A stretch of DNA of 64,000 nucleotides from assembly GCA_012026655.1 (NCBI GenBank), contig JAAILG010000804.1, positions 1 through 64,000 on the forward strand, in the 5' to 3' direction. Position 1 is the stretch's first letter. Every line of letters begins with the position of its first letter. The notes beneath the pieces are model-generated. The model did no database searches. It had not been told where the DNA came from and was given only the letters and a program-made list of their open reading frames with translations. Positions 47,553 through 60,279 of the stretch are shown here, in pieces. The position numbers and the translations under genes are program-made. The DNA is from Hydrolagus affinis (Eukaryota).

Positions 47553-50500
47553 CTAAAAAAAAAAGTAAAGTGAAAAATTTTAAATGAAGAAATGCATCTC
47601 TAAACTTTGACTTGAACATTTTCACCAAATTACTGTCTTATATTGTACTACCTGGTAGGCACTGCGTCATTATGGTGAAACCAATCCAGGCTCCCACCTA
47701 TGGGATATGAAAACACACAACATTTACCACACTTGGACTCAAGGCTGATTAACTATAATAACTCAATCACAGTGCAACCAATGTACCAGTTATGAAGCTA
47801 TTTTCCTGGAAGTGCAAATTGCATTGCATATTGGATGAAACCACATGACTAACTTATTCCCTCCTTGTTTCAGATACATTAAATAGAGAATCATTGGCTA
47901 AAAAGTGAGAGGTTTATCATTGATGTATGTAATCAAGGAGGAAGGAATTTAGATGAAGACCTAAATATTATCATTACTTCTTTATTCCAGTAATAACGAA
48001 TAACTAACTCCACTAACCGAACATGCCATGCCCTACCCGAGTCTGGGCAGGCAACCACTCTCCAAACTTTTCTCAATGTTTCTCTGGCAATAGGCTTCAG
48101 GCGTTGTATAAGACTAACCCGAGTTGCCTTTCCTTCTTATGCAAATCACCGAGCTATCTCATGAGCTAAGAACAAAGCATATATAATCTATATAAGCATA
48201 TATGAGGTACAACAGCCAACTGGACTGTAACTTAGTTGATCGAGCACTGGATTGGAACCTCGAAGGTTGAGAATACAAATCTCAGTCAGTCCATGCGTTT
48301 GAGGACACGAACATTAGTGCCATGTTTCCTGACCTGAAGCTGAACCTGAACAAGCTCCAAGAAGACATCCATAGTAACTGGCTCTCTGAGAGATATAGAC
48401 ATAACAACAACAACAACAACAAACTGCTATTGTATAGCACCTTTTAGTTGTATAGTGTCTTTCAAGTCAGGAGGATATCCTAAGGTGCTCCGACCTGCAA
48501 TCTAAATACCCCCAACATTTAGGGCAGTCCTAGCTGGTGTAGTACCATGCTGGACATATGCAATATGTTCCATTTATAGATTATAAATAATAGCTCTGGG
48601 CAAATAATCATACCTCGTATGTGTAATTGGGGCACGACACTAAGAAGAAGAGCCAGGTGAAGGGATTCTTGGTCGGGTGAGGAATCTTGCGGCTTTTGGA
48701 TCCTGGAAAGCGGTAAGAAACACACTGCTGACCAGTACAGATCATTTCCAAATTGAGTTATTTATTGATTAGGTTGTAGAGCTTACCTTCTGAGCGCAGG
48801 TTCCTTAGTGCTATATGGATTGAGAAATTCCCAACTTCACATACCTGGAACAATTCAATGATTATAATAAATGTACTGTCTCCTTTATCTACTGTTTATC
48901 GACAACTGTTTACTCTTATGTACCGGCCACACAGTCTTACTGCCTCATAGTTTTGCTTTTAATTTTAATCATCGAATGCAGTTAGTTGGCTATTGCAGAT
49001 GCAAACCGAGTAAAAGCAAATCTATAGAAATACATAGGATTTCATGATCTGGCAAATCGAGATTGTGAGAGCAGTTTTACCTTTATTATTTAAGGCAAGG
49101 ACTCCGTCCAATCTAAAGTTCAGAAGTGGCAGTTGATTAATTTATTTTGCTATTAGTAACCTTGTCAGTACAATTACTGTATTCAATTGCTGACAACAAC
49201 TCATCCGTAGATTGTGAAAACCAATCATTGCACGTCCATTCATTCAATTATTATCACTTTAAGTTTTAAAATTTCACATGCTCCGAATGTAAGCAGTGGC
49301 AATGTTTGAGTTGAGTATTTTAACGTGACATACCAGGAAAGTATATAGCGCTAGATCAACTTGTTTGTCTCCATATACTGTAAAAAAAATGATGAACAGT
49401 GTAACGCAGAGACTTTTAGCAGAGTTTCAGCACCACTAAAATGCAACTGTTTACAAATCCCATTACTTACAAGGTGTTGTGTACAGTGGGTGGTTGATGT
49501 AAAAAGCCAGCCAGGCTGTGAAACCCCAGTAATAGAAACAGTTCTGTGTAGACATAAGTCAATATATTTAGATCAATAATATACACTATGTTTATTGAAC
49601 AGTCGCCGCTCTTCTATTCTATTGTTATCACTGATTTAATCATTGTCTGTCAGTCCAGCAAATGTAACATTTGACATTGCAGAAATAAATATAGCTCTGC
49701 AGAAGGAATCCGTTGATAAGATTTTAAAATTACATGAACTTGTTGTTAACTAGAGTAAACAGTAAGAGCATATGACCAACTGGTCTTGTTTCCTACACAT
49801 TTCAACCTTGGTTTACGGCCCCCCAATGTATTTTGCCTCTACCTAGATTCTCAACAGAATGGAAAAAACAACTTTTCAATTACATATATGCATTACGTAA
49901 GTTCTCCAGCTGCAGATTTACCCTTTCAGTCACCTTGTCACCTCTAAGTAAGAAAGTGTAAAAGTGTTTATTCTAGATTTTGTAACCAGTGTTTTGTTCC
50001 AGATAGTTCCCTGCCTCAGGTATAATGTCCAGCTTGACAAAAACACCAAACTGTATATGTCAGTAATTCACATACTCCCAAGTCCTTCCAAATTCCCACG
50101 TAAAAGCATGTTTTACCAGCTCTGTGATATTTACCTTAACAGTGTTACGGAGGGGCATTGTGCCATGAGAGAACCGATGCACGAATAATGTCTCGATCAA
50201 TCTTTTGACGTAGTGGAAAGAATGACAAATGCATGACATGCTGAGGGGAAAAAAGCACACAGAAACAGGCTGCAGGATTACCAAAAGAAAAGTCAGAAAG
50301 TGACAGCTAGCAAATCAATGCGTTGACCAATGCAATCAAGTAAACAGCTTATTTATCGGGTGCCTCTTGTCCCCATTCCTTTCATTTGCTGAGGACATAG
50401 AATGCTACAGGTTTCACATCAAAATCAGCAATGCCTTACACTAGCTAAGTATCTTAAAGTCTAACAATCAGAATTGAAGTTAATCGGTAGAACATGGTGT

Positions 50501-53500
50501 GAAGTGGATTTTATTGATAAAATTACATTACAGTTTGATTCCCATATTTACCAAGTGGCATAAAATTCCCGCCCACCAAAATCGGAAAGGAGAGTGATTA
50601 GACTCCTGTTTAGTTTTCTCTTGTACATCAGGATCATTTCATTAAATGTGAAACATGTGAAATGACCTGTACGTCATTTTCTACCTGAATGTGAAACAGC
50701 AGAAATAAACCCGTGAGAGACCTGTGAGTTAAATTCATCCTGAAGCTAAAATGATCGGGATAGATCAGGATTTTGAAAGTAAATTAATGGAAGCGAGTAT
50801 GTTGGTTACTCACCATACTCAGGTACCCGCCTAAAACCTGTTACTTACTGCACCACAGTGTGCTCACTGGAAGTAAATTCATCCTCTTCATCGTAGATAA
50901 AAGGCAGGCGGAAGTAGAATAACAGATAGATAAAGAGTGGGCCAGCATACTCCGTAAGAAAGACCTATGAGCAAAGCACAATGAACAAACAAGTGTATGG
51001 ACAGCAAAGTTTAATTTAGGAAAATGCTAAATATATATGTACTGTGCTTGAATACAATTTGAGGCAATGTTTATTTAGAAACAATAGGCCCCAAATTCTA
51101 CTCAATTGTGCAGAATTGTTTGAAAATTCTTACACTCAATCTTATTTTGGCAGCCATTTTCTTCCATAGTTCTGAAAAGATCCAGCTTTTAAAAAATGAA
51201 TTTAAGAATTGGCTGTAGTTCTGTGCAATCTAACCTTTAATGAAAATATTTACAAAATGTTGTTAGAGGGTGAGACTAGGTGGAATTCCAGCCCTACTTT
51301 TAAACATCTTCCACCCTACCCCTTAATCACACTCCTTAAAGAGGTGACTCAAACACTCTTGCAATGATATCCCTCTTTAAACTGTATTTTCTGACTTTTT
51401 CAAACAAAGTCTGTTTAAGAGAAAGGTGGGTGGTGGGGAGATATATTTCTCGTTTTCTGACTGCCGAAAGAGAAAGGATACTGTACTGTACTTCAGCAGA
51501 GAGTTGGAGCTTGTTGGTACCAGATCAGATCCAATATACATTATTACGATAAGGTTACTGGAGTCATTGTGAATAATCAACATTCTCATTATTGAGCAAA
51601 AGAATTGTCTCTTTCTGTTCGGTGTCACAGGATTTTTAACGTCAATCTAGACAAACAAACGTGAATTTAACGGGTCATCCAAAAGAAGGCATCTTTGACA
51701 ATATAACGCCCCCCCCATTAGAAAGTTTTGAGGTTTGTCTATATCAGGCTGAGTCTCAGGGTTACAGGGTATCAGGTACCGATGTGTTGCATCGCTGAGT
51801 GAATCAGTACTCACTGTAGTCCAGCCTACTTGGGAACCCAAATCTCTGAAGTAGAAGGTAGCGGTGGTGCCCACTGGAAGACTCTGCAAGATTTCGTCAT
51901 CTCTTAGACTTTTGCCCTCTGTGGATTGAATCAATATCGGAAAAGCGATTTATTTTTAGTCACTTTTAAACGGTATTATTCTTTTCTATTAACATCACTG
52001 CTGTGAATTCAACAACAAAAAACAATGTGCACCCAGACTGCCTTTATCACAAGCTGTAAAAAATATATTTTTTAAGTTTTGAGACGTTCTCAAAGCTCAG
52101 TGAGACGTCTCAAAGACGTGATAAAGTGCTATATCTAATGCAAGGATTACTATTATTAGTACATATTGTTAAATACCGATTGTCTATTGACAAGCTGAGG
52201 GCAAACTGGATAATAGATTGTCTTGACCTTTGGCAAAACGGTACAAGCAGCAATAGCAACAACAACCTTCAATTACACAACTGCACCTTTCACATTTCAA
52301 AGCACTTTACAGAGATGAAGTGGCTCTTTGCTAGAGCTGGTAAGCATGCCCTTGAACTACACACTGGGAAATCAACAGTGAAAGGCTGCGATCCCAATTT
52401 ACAATCACTTTCCAATGTGGTTTTGCACCTTAAATTGAGCATTGGGTCAGGCAGACTTTCTGCTGTTGTGAAGTGCGCTGTACTATATACAATGTATATG
52501 ATCCTACAAAGTGCTCAGTTGATTTGGGCTGTAACTCAATCTGTATTCCTTTCAGTTCACTGATCAGACCCTCCCTGTCACATCCACTTGACATCAAACG
52601 TACTCGAGCGAAAGTTTTTTTTTAGCAGTAAACATTCCTGAAATTCCAGGGCTGTGGAGGTAAATACACAGTGTTTGTTGTTTGTCAGTCATCGTACACC
52701 ATGTTTAATCCTTTCTCTTTCTCTCTGAGAATGGATTGAAAATCAAAGGGTTCACCCAGTTGAGCGGAGTGACCTTGGTACCACGGAATGACAGGGTCAT
52801 GTTGAGGGGAAGCTATGTGCAGCTCACATTAAAGCGGCTAAATTAATCCTCTGGCACAGTGCAAGGCACAACTGTCCCAGTGGCGGCTTCCAGTTACATC
52901 CCACCACTGCTGCACTGCGTTCTCTGAATGTTCCAAGAAACTCAACTAAATGACAATATTACTTACAGTGTCAGTTATTCCTCCTCATCCCTCCCTCCCT
53001 CCCTCCTATTTGGCCCCCTCTCCACCCCCACAAACAAAAACACCCACACCCTCCGTAGATCTCCCTACTCAGCTCAAGCTCCAAGGCAGCTGTATGAAGC
53101 ACTTTGAGATGTCCTCCCAACATGAAACCCGCTATATAAATGTAAATTGGTTTTGATTGAACTGCTAAGATACACTCACCCAGACTAATAAAAGAACACA
53201 ATAGCAACTGGCATTTATAGCACCTCCCCCACCCCTCCCCCACATATGTCATATAGATTGGTCCAAAACACTGGGACATCGTGTCAACTTGAAAGACGTT
53301 ATACAAACATAATTCTGTTGGATTGGACACTCAGCAAACAGCAGGAGAATTGCTTGAGCTTTTCTGAACATGTTATTGATTTTTTAGACGGCATATTTCG
53401 AAGAATTCCTCCACGCAGCTTTAAATTTGTTCTCAGAATTTGGACAAGTTTAAGAACGGTCCCAAGTTTACACCTCGTCTAAAATATGTTGGGAAAAGCA

Positions 53501-56500
53501 TGAATCTAGAGACCCAGGTGGAATTCTCCCACCTCCCCAACCCCCACTCACACAGCTCTTGTTTCTGACTATATATAACACAGCTGTGAGAACAGGAGAT
53601 TTAAAGTAGCCCATAAATCGGCTCCATTGGAAATTCCTCTTTGATTCCACTTTCCTGTCACTGTGAGTTATGAGAAGCAAAGTTAGCAGCAGCCAAAACA
53701 CATGGGGGTGACTTCCAGACCTAACTCCTCCCCTCCTGCCTCAGAACTCTCTCTCTTCTGTTGTACAGTACTTTCAAAGAAAATTTGCTTTGCTTGTGGG
53801 TAGCCTTGAAGGGAAGCAAAGCAAGAGAGGGTTTGAGGCAGGCAGGTAGGCTGACAGAAGGTGCAATTCTTAGCTGCTACTTTCTCTAGTTTCACCCAGA
53901 AGGTGAAACTAACCCATGTTAGAATTGGGCCATTTTCAAGGGAAGTGCACAGAACAACAATGCTTTGTCTTTTTCACCCGCAAAACATACAGTCGGTCGA
54001 CTTTATAGTCTCGAAGATGTGATAAGACGTCGTATCAAATGCAAGGATTGTTACTCTCGTGATTACGTTTTTTTTCTTGCCCAAGTCTCTGCTTTTCTCA
54101 AGGAAGAGTTTCTTTCAGTTACTTCTGGGGCAAGATTCTACAGATGCCTGAGTCTGAGTGGGGCTTATAAAGTGATGGGGCAGGAGTGACAGAAATCCAT
54201 GCAGCGCTGGACTAATCGGTGTAAGTCACGCTACCCGAGCAGCTGCCCTAGGAGGAGTGGAACAGGCCAACGGGATCAATGGTTTGTGGAAATAGAGAAT
54301 GAAGGGATTAGATGTTCTGAACATAGAAAATTCAGAAAGCCAAAGGTAAATCCACAGAATGTATCCATGGCCAGAGGATGGCACTTCTGGCATTTCTGCA
54401 GAATGACAGCGAACACATTTTCATCACCATCTTAAAATCAATGAAGTACAGAGTACAACTCGTTTTCACTTTTCCTCTTTAGTGCCCCTGAATGGTGAGA
54501 AATGTTGCAGCTTCAAACAGGTTACAAGACGGTATAGATGTGTTTGTGGTGTCTTTTTAAATCTGTCTACTTAATACTTTAAAAAAGACGTTCTGTGATT
54601 GGCTGCCACGTTTGCACCCAGAAAATATACAGTCATTTCACTTTACAGTGTAAAATCAGGAGTCGCTAGGAACACTCAGCAGATCAGGCAGCATCTATAG
54701 AGAGAGGAAAGTTTCAGGTCAAGGACCTTCCATCAGAAAGCGACATCGATCTGAAACATTGACTCACTTTCCTCGCTCCACAGATGCTGCCAGTCTATAA
54801 TATAATAATAATACAATAATCTTTTAATTTGATATAGCGCTTTTCACGTCTTCTAGACATCTCAAAGTGCTTCACAGAATATACTGTAAAGTGAATTGAC
54901 TGTATATTTGCGGGAGAAACTCGGCAGCCAATTGCACACAGCAGTGTCCCACAAACAGTCGTGGATTGAAATGACCAATTTTATTATTGTGCTTTTTTTG
55001 TTGGAGGGATTATGTTTTGGAAGCACGCTGTACCTAGTGGCAGTGATACATTTGACTGTAGAAATATAAGACGTGCTTGGAGAATTCCCCCTGATGTGAA
55101 AGGCGTCATATAAGTTGCCTTGTATAAAAGGGTAGGGGGAACAGATAGGAGAGTGGACAAAACAGAAAGACAGCAAAGATAAAATGAATCATCAGACGGC
55201 TTCCTTCCATGTGGCAAATTTCTATTGTTCTACAGCAGACACACAATCACCCGTTCTCTTACTTTTGTTCGGGGGAAGATTGTGGGAAAAAAAATTATTC
55301 GTCCAAATTCGGCGCCGGTTAATCCAAGCATTTTGGTTTATGAGTTGCCTGCAGAGGCAAACTTGGAGCCGCACACAGTCTCGCAATATAAAGGCAGCAT
55401 GAGTTGAACAAGAATTTCACACTTAGCATGTGAAATCTTCACTTAATTGTTCTGACATTGGACCACTGATGTTAGCTCTGTAATAAACACTATCATGTTG
55501 TTGCCTGCTCACGAGAGGATCTAGTTAACTGGATCCAATCAAGCCCACATTGTAAGTGATTGTAAAGGAATTAAATATAATGCGGTACTTACTTGGATCT
55601 AACCTGATGGACTGTCTTGCTGGATACCACTGAGGGTCTGAAAGAGAATTGAATGAACGTGCTTTAGCTGGCTATTCCAGAGACATAATGATAGAAACAA
55701 TAATCCTTCCATTTGGGGTAACAGCTTATCATGTCGTTGAGACATGTCAAAGTGTCAAATCCCCTTGCAAGCCTCATTCCTTCATATATCTGGCTATACG
55801 ACTTCCCCCTTAAAACCCACAATGGATACTGTCTCTACTAGTTTAAATAATAATCTATGCTTTTTGAGGAGACATTGTAATAATAACAGCAACAATAATT
55901 TAATAATAATAATCCTTGCATTTGATATAGCGCTTTTCATGTCTTCTATACGTCTCAAAGCGCTTCACCGATTATTCTGTAAAATCAATTGACTGTGTAC
56001 TTGTGGGCGAAGCATGGCAGTCAATTGCGCACAGCAGTGTCCCACAAACACTCGTGGATTGAGATGACCAATTTATTTTTGTTTTTTATTTGAGGGATCG
56101 TTATCAAGCATGTGGAATAAGGAAACTTGCCCAGGGTTTCTCCCTGCCTGGAATCGAACCCAGGTCTTTCGCTTGCAAGGTGAGTGCTCTAACCACTGTG
56201 CGACAGGACTCCCAAATGGCAGTGCACTGCAGATCCTAGCAACTCTATGAATGGGGAAAACATTTTTTCCCAAGCTCTCCTTCCCCTCTTCTCATGACTA
56301 TCTTACACCTATCTCTAGTGTCACTGCCTCCCCTGCTTGTAAAATTAATTCCCTTGTCTTTGTCATACAGGTACCACGTTTGCTCTGCTCATCGAGATGC
56401 CAGCATATTCATTGTTGCATTTAAATCTCAGGCAGCTGGTGGTGGAATGAATGAACTCATCACTTCCAAGAAAATTGGTGACATTTGATTTACAATCTGC

Positions 56501-57925
56501 TAAACTGAACAAGGCTTTCTTCTAGTGCTAGTGCAATAAGGAAAGCAAAATGTCAGTACTAAAAACAAAGTGCGATGTTCCAGGAACCAGTAGTTGAGGC
56601 TTAACGTTAAAGATGTAAGAGACAAAACCCTTCTGGATTCCTGCAGCATTAGCCTCGCACATGATAGAATCTGAGTTTGATTCTCAGGCAAGGTGAAACC
56701 TTGGGCAAGTTTCCTCACTCCACACACCTTTGTTTAGCAGTTAGAAGCAACCCGGTTGTTAGTCGATTGGTGGAAGATCTCTTTTCAAGGGGGTAATAAT
56801 CCTTCCCACCCTCCCACCCCCCAAAAAAATGTGTTCACTCAATCCACGACTGTTTGTGGGGCACTGTTTCTGTGCACAATTGGCTGCCGCATTTCACCCA
56901 CAAAATAATCAGTCAATCCACTTCACGGTAAATTCTGTGAAGCGCTTTGAGACGTCTCAATGACATGATGAGGCGCTATATCAAATGCAACGGTTAATGT
57001 CATTATTAATTAGCTTTACGAGAGAGAATAGTTGAATTAAATACCCCTCAAAACAAGGAGACTAGTTCAGATTCATCAGCTCTACAAAATACAGTGATTA
57101 CATTTTACAATAATTCCCGAGAAGTGCTTTGAGATGGCCTCTTGATACGAAAGGCACTGTACCAAATACTGTCTAAGGATTATGAAACCTATCCTCAAAT
57201 GCCTTTACTTACATGTCTTTTGGAACATAGATTTGATTTCTCCAATTGTGGCATTTGGTTCCACCTGAATAAGATAGAAGTACATCAAAAGAACATCAAT
57301 AACACTGCATTCTGAAATTTCTAAGCACTGTATCTGTGAAGACTTCTAACACACTGTGTAACATTGTCGATGCAGGTTTCCTTCACGAATAATAACGATC
57401 ATTCCTGGTTGCCTGGGTCGTATCAATGCAAAGACAACAAACCCCCAACATATTCAGCTCGCAAGACCTGGGTAACCACAGCAAAGTAGGAAATGTCCCA
57501 TATCTAGGATAGTTACATTGTTACAAAATTTATTCCGCATTAATTAAATCACTTCCTTCAATTAAACACTTTTTAAAAAATCGATTGACTAAAAATGGAT
57601 GAAAATCTGATAATTAACCTACTGAAGAATTGCCTGAATAACCGAGGAACTCCCCATCCATAAAAAAAAACAACTTGATAAAAACATCTTCAATTAAAAA
57701 AAAATACCTCGGGCATATTTCGAGTAACATTTAGTTTCTCACCTTATCGAGGAAACACAGCTGCTCCTTGGTCTTGACATCAAGAATTTCCACCTCAAAG
57801 AAAACAAAGGATTTTGCCTTTTTAGTTACAGTTTCTTTTGGCTGCTGAACCATGTGATTAATCACCGCTTTCTTTTTTGCGTTAGCAAATATATTCGCCA
57901 AGTCTATCCCTTGTCCGTTTGCCAT
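47425..57925 (-). CDS. TECR: Very-long-chain enoyl-CoA reductase, TECR family (probably the tecrl2-type paralogue); 12 coding exons, 347 aa
   Basis: Exons splice GT-AG into a 1044-nt ORF: [84 protein letters not shown]. Exon sizes 52/45/104/116/106/73/44/58/89/46/128 match human TECR exons 3-13. Confidence 0.93.
47652..47697 (-). CDS. TECR: TECR-like coding exon 11 (46 nt)
   Basis: [15 protein letters not shown]. Confidence 0.94.
48614..48702 (-). CDS. TECR: TECR-like coding exon 10 (89 nt)
   Basis: [29 protein letters not shown]. Confidence 0.95.
48787..48844 (-). CDS. TECR: TECR-like coding exon 9 (58 nt)
   Basis: [19 protein letters not shown]. Confidence 0.93.
49334..49377 (-). CDS. 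TECR: TECR-like coding exon 8 (44 nt)
   Basis: [14 protein letters not shown]. Confidence 0.9.
49471..49543 (-). CDS. TECR: TECR-like coding exon 7 (73 nt)
   Basis: [24 protein letters not shown]. Confidence 0.94.
50135..50240 (-). CDS. TECR: TECR-like coding exon 6 (106 nt)
   Basis: [35 protein letters not shown]. Confidence 0.95.
50849..50964 (-). CDS. TECR: TECR-like coding exon 5 (116 nt)
   Basis: [34 protein letters not shown]. Confidence 0.95.
51815..51918 (-). CDS. TECR: TECR-like coding exon 4 (104 nt)
   Basis: [34 protein letters not shown]. Confidence 0.94.
54655..54792. mobile_element. Same repeat, fold-back copy with two decayed hammerhead remnants
   Basis: Inverted arms ggcagcatctatagagagaggaaag / ctttcctcgctccacagatgctgcc; - strand CTGATGGaaggtccttgacctGAAAc. 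Confidence 0.55.
54800..55012 (-). mobile_element. tRNA/L2-tail SINE, 3' two-thirds
   Basis: Core and tail match. Confidence 0.87.
55593..55637 (-). CDS. TECR: TECR-like coding exon 3 (45 nt)
   Basis: [15 protein letters not shown]; ag/gt bounded. Confidence 0.93.
55902..56212 (-). mobile_element. tRNA/L2-tail SINE, full length
   Basis: Head with B box GGTTCGATTCC, core and tail. Confidence 0.9.
56635..57008 (+). mobile_element. tRNA/L2-tail SINE, long subfamily
   Basis: Diverged head, extra segment, core and tail. Confidence 0.83.
57213..57264 (-). CDS. TECR: TECR-like coding exon 2 (52 nt)
   Basis: [17 protein letters not shown]; ag/gt bounded. Confidence 0.92.
57743..57925 (-). CDS. 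TECR: TECR-like first coding exon
   Basis: Kozak-like aaaataATGG with in-frame TAG upstream; [33 protein letters not shown]|gtgag. Confidence 0.8.
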
Positions 57926-58341
57926 TATTTTCAGTGCTACAGGGTAATGTTGGTACTACAGACAGAATTCCGCAGGCACCTACTTGTCCCACACAGTCAG
58001 AAGCTAGTGGCAAATGTGGAGGACTCTGGCTTACCCAGACTGCAGCAAATGTAAAGAGTACAACCCGACAGATGGAAGAGTCCATGAAATATGATATTAT
58101 GAAACGAGTCACAGGCTCTCAGCGACAGTTATAGTTAAGATCACTTTCCAATCCAGTTGTCCCATTGCCTGCAAACCCATCCTTTCAAACGTCAAAGTAG
58201 CCTCGCCACAAAAATGTAATGAACTGCCACGACACTTTGACTGTACAGTAGTGCGCGTCTGAAGAAAACGAGACAGCTTCGAATGAAACACTTCAAAACG
58301 TCTCGTGTTACAGGTAAATCAGTCTTCTTTCACTCTGAATT

Positions 58342-58890
58342 TATAATAATCCTTGCATTTGATGTAGCGCGCCTTCAAGACGCCTCAAAGCGATTCTCAG
58401 TATGTACTGTTAAGCGAATTGACTGTATCTGTGCGCAACCTAGGCGTCAGGTTCGACCCCCAACCATCCTTCCTCCCTCACATCCGGTCCCTCACCAGCA
58501 CCGCCTTCTTCCACCTCCTGCGGATCGCCCGTCTCCGGCAATACCTCACCCCAAAAGCCGCTGAAACCCTGGTGCAAGTCTTCGTCACCTCACGGCTGAA
58601 CTATTCGAATGCCCTCCTCGCCGGTCTCCCCTTCACCACAATCCATAAAATCCAACAGCAATCATGAATTCTTTTTATTTATTTATTTTGAAGGAATTAT
58701 TCCCCCATCCTAGAAAAAGCGACCCTCCGATTAGCAATTGTCGATTAACAACTGGTTAATCGACACCAATTAACTACTTACCGCTTGCTAAACAAAGCCA
58801 TGTGGAGTAAGGAAACTAACTTGTTTTGCCCTGCTGGGAATCAAACTCTCTTGCAAGACGAGTGCTCTAACCACTAAGCTACAGCACTCC
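58342..58890 (-). mobile_element. SINE (long subfamily) whose core is replaced by an L2 ORF2 fragment
   Basis: Tail at 58342-58428 and head at ~58670-58890 flank a + strand L2 fragment. Confidence 0.72.
58429..58662 (+). mobile_element. L2 LINE ORF2 internal fragment
   Basis: VRNLGVRFDPQPSFLPHI..AFFHLLRIARLR..AETLVQVFVTSRLNYSNALLAGLP, the L2-clade post-RT motif. Confidence 0.88.
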
Positions 58891-59544
58891 ACCTTTTAGC
58901 ATCACACCAAACATTTGGCAATGGAAATTATTTCTCTCTCAGAATTGTAAAGGTCTGTATCAGATAATGCAGGGGATCTAGGCTGGGTGTTCTGGAACGA
59001 TCGGATTGATCGAAGCTCCTTCTTAAACAAGCCAAGCTTGTGAGGTCTCCTCTCAGATTTCTTTTTGTTATACTTAAGAGACTCCCTTGTATGAAGTTGC
59101 CTCTTGCATCGATATGTCAATTGGTAGATGTATCGCAGCATTTTAAGGCCATTATTCTTGAGACACAGTTAGTCAGGCTCAAGTGATGGGTCAATTAAAA
59201 TCAGCTATGCAAACGCTTGAAATAACCTAGTACATTCTCAGGATTCACTGGGGAGCCAGCCTGCTCTGAGATCATTGCCAGAGGCAATAATCAATCATTT
59301 GGTAATGTCTGCTATTAATTTGAGCGAGAAAGAAAGGAGGAGATAATGCGGAAATAAAAATAACAAGACCAATATAAAATGGGAGATATTTCAAGAAGTC
59401 ATTCTATTCAACAGAACACAGGAGAGCAAGGAATGGAAGTGAGAGGTAGAGGTGTGTGTTCTGAAGAATTCTCTAAACTCAAGAGTCTAAAATAATGGAT
59501 TATTCATTTTCCTATATTTTCTATATTTCCTATACTCTGCCCCT

Positions 59545-59772
59545 ACCCTCTGGAACTCCGTCCCGCAGTCCCTCTGCCTCACCCCCTCCCTTGCCTTGTT
59601 CAAGAGCCATCTCCAGACCCTCCACTTCGACCATAATTTTAATCACCCTCCTTCTGCCTTGCCCTCCACCGTTCCCAATCCCAAGCCTGGGTCCGAACCA
59701 GTGACTGCCCATCGCTTTGGGACCTCCTCCCGACGTGAAAGGCGCTATACAAATGTATTTTTGTTGTTGTCT
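59545..59772 (+). mobile_element. L2 LINE 3' fragment
   Basis: ctctggaactcc..ttcaagagccatctc..cccgacgtgaaaggcgctatacaaatg(ttg)n. Confidence 0.82.
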
Positions 59773-59957
59773 TTATTTTTGTAGCTATAATAATAATCCT
59801 CACAATCCTTGCATTTACTATAGTGCCTTATGAGGTCATCAAGATGCTTTAAAGAGCTCAAGATTTTAATGTGAAGCGTATTGACTGTATTTACTACTAT
59901 TGAATAGTGTGTTCTTTGAGGCAGTGTGTTGAGTGGAAATGACTCTCCCGTACAGTT

Positions 59958-60279
59958 AATAATAATAATAATCCTTCCATTTGATATAGCTTTTCACGTC
60001 TTCTGGACATCTCAAAGCGTTTCCAGAATATAGTGTAAAGTGAATTGACTGTGTATATATATGTGAGAGAAATGCAGCAGCCAATTGATCTCAACAGTGT
60101 CCCACAAACAGTCATGGATGAAATGACCAATTTATTATTGTATTGTTTTGGTCTTTTTGAGGGATTATTATTAGGTATGTGGTGTAAGGAAACTTGCCCA
60201 AGGTTTCGCCCTGCCTGGAATTGAACCCAGATCTCTCGCTTGTAAGGCGAGTGCTCTAACTACTGAGCAATTGGACTCC
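59958..60279 (-). mobile_element. tRNA/L2-tail SINE, full length
   Basis: Head, core and tail. Confidence 0.9.

Noticed and set aside
58283-58300. MKHFK, resembling the TECR N-terminus MKHYE
   Set aside because: It is on the + strand, opposite to the TECR-like gene, and has no donor site
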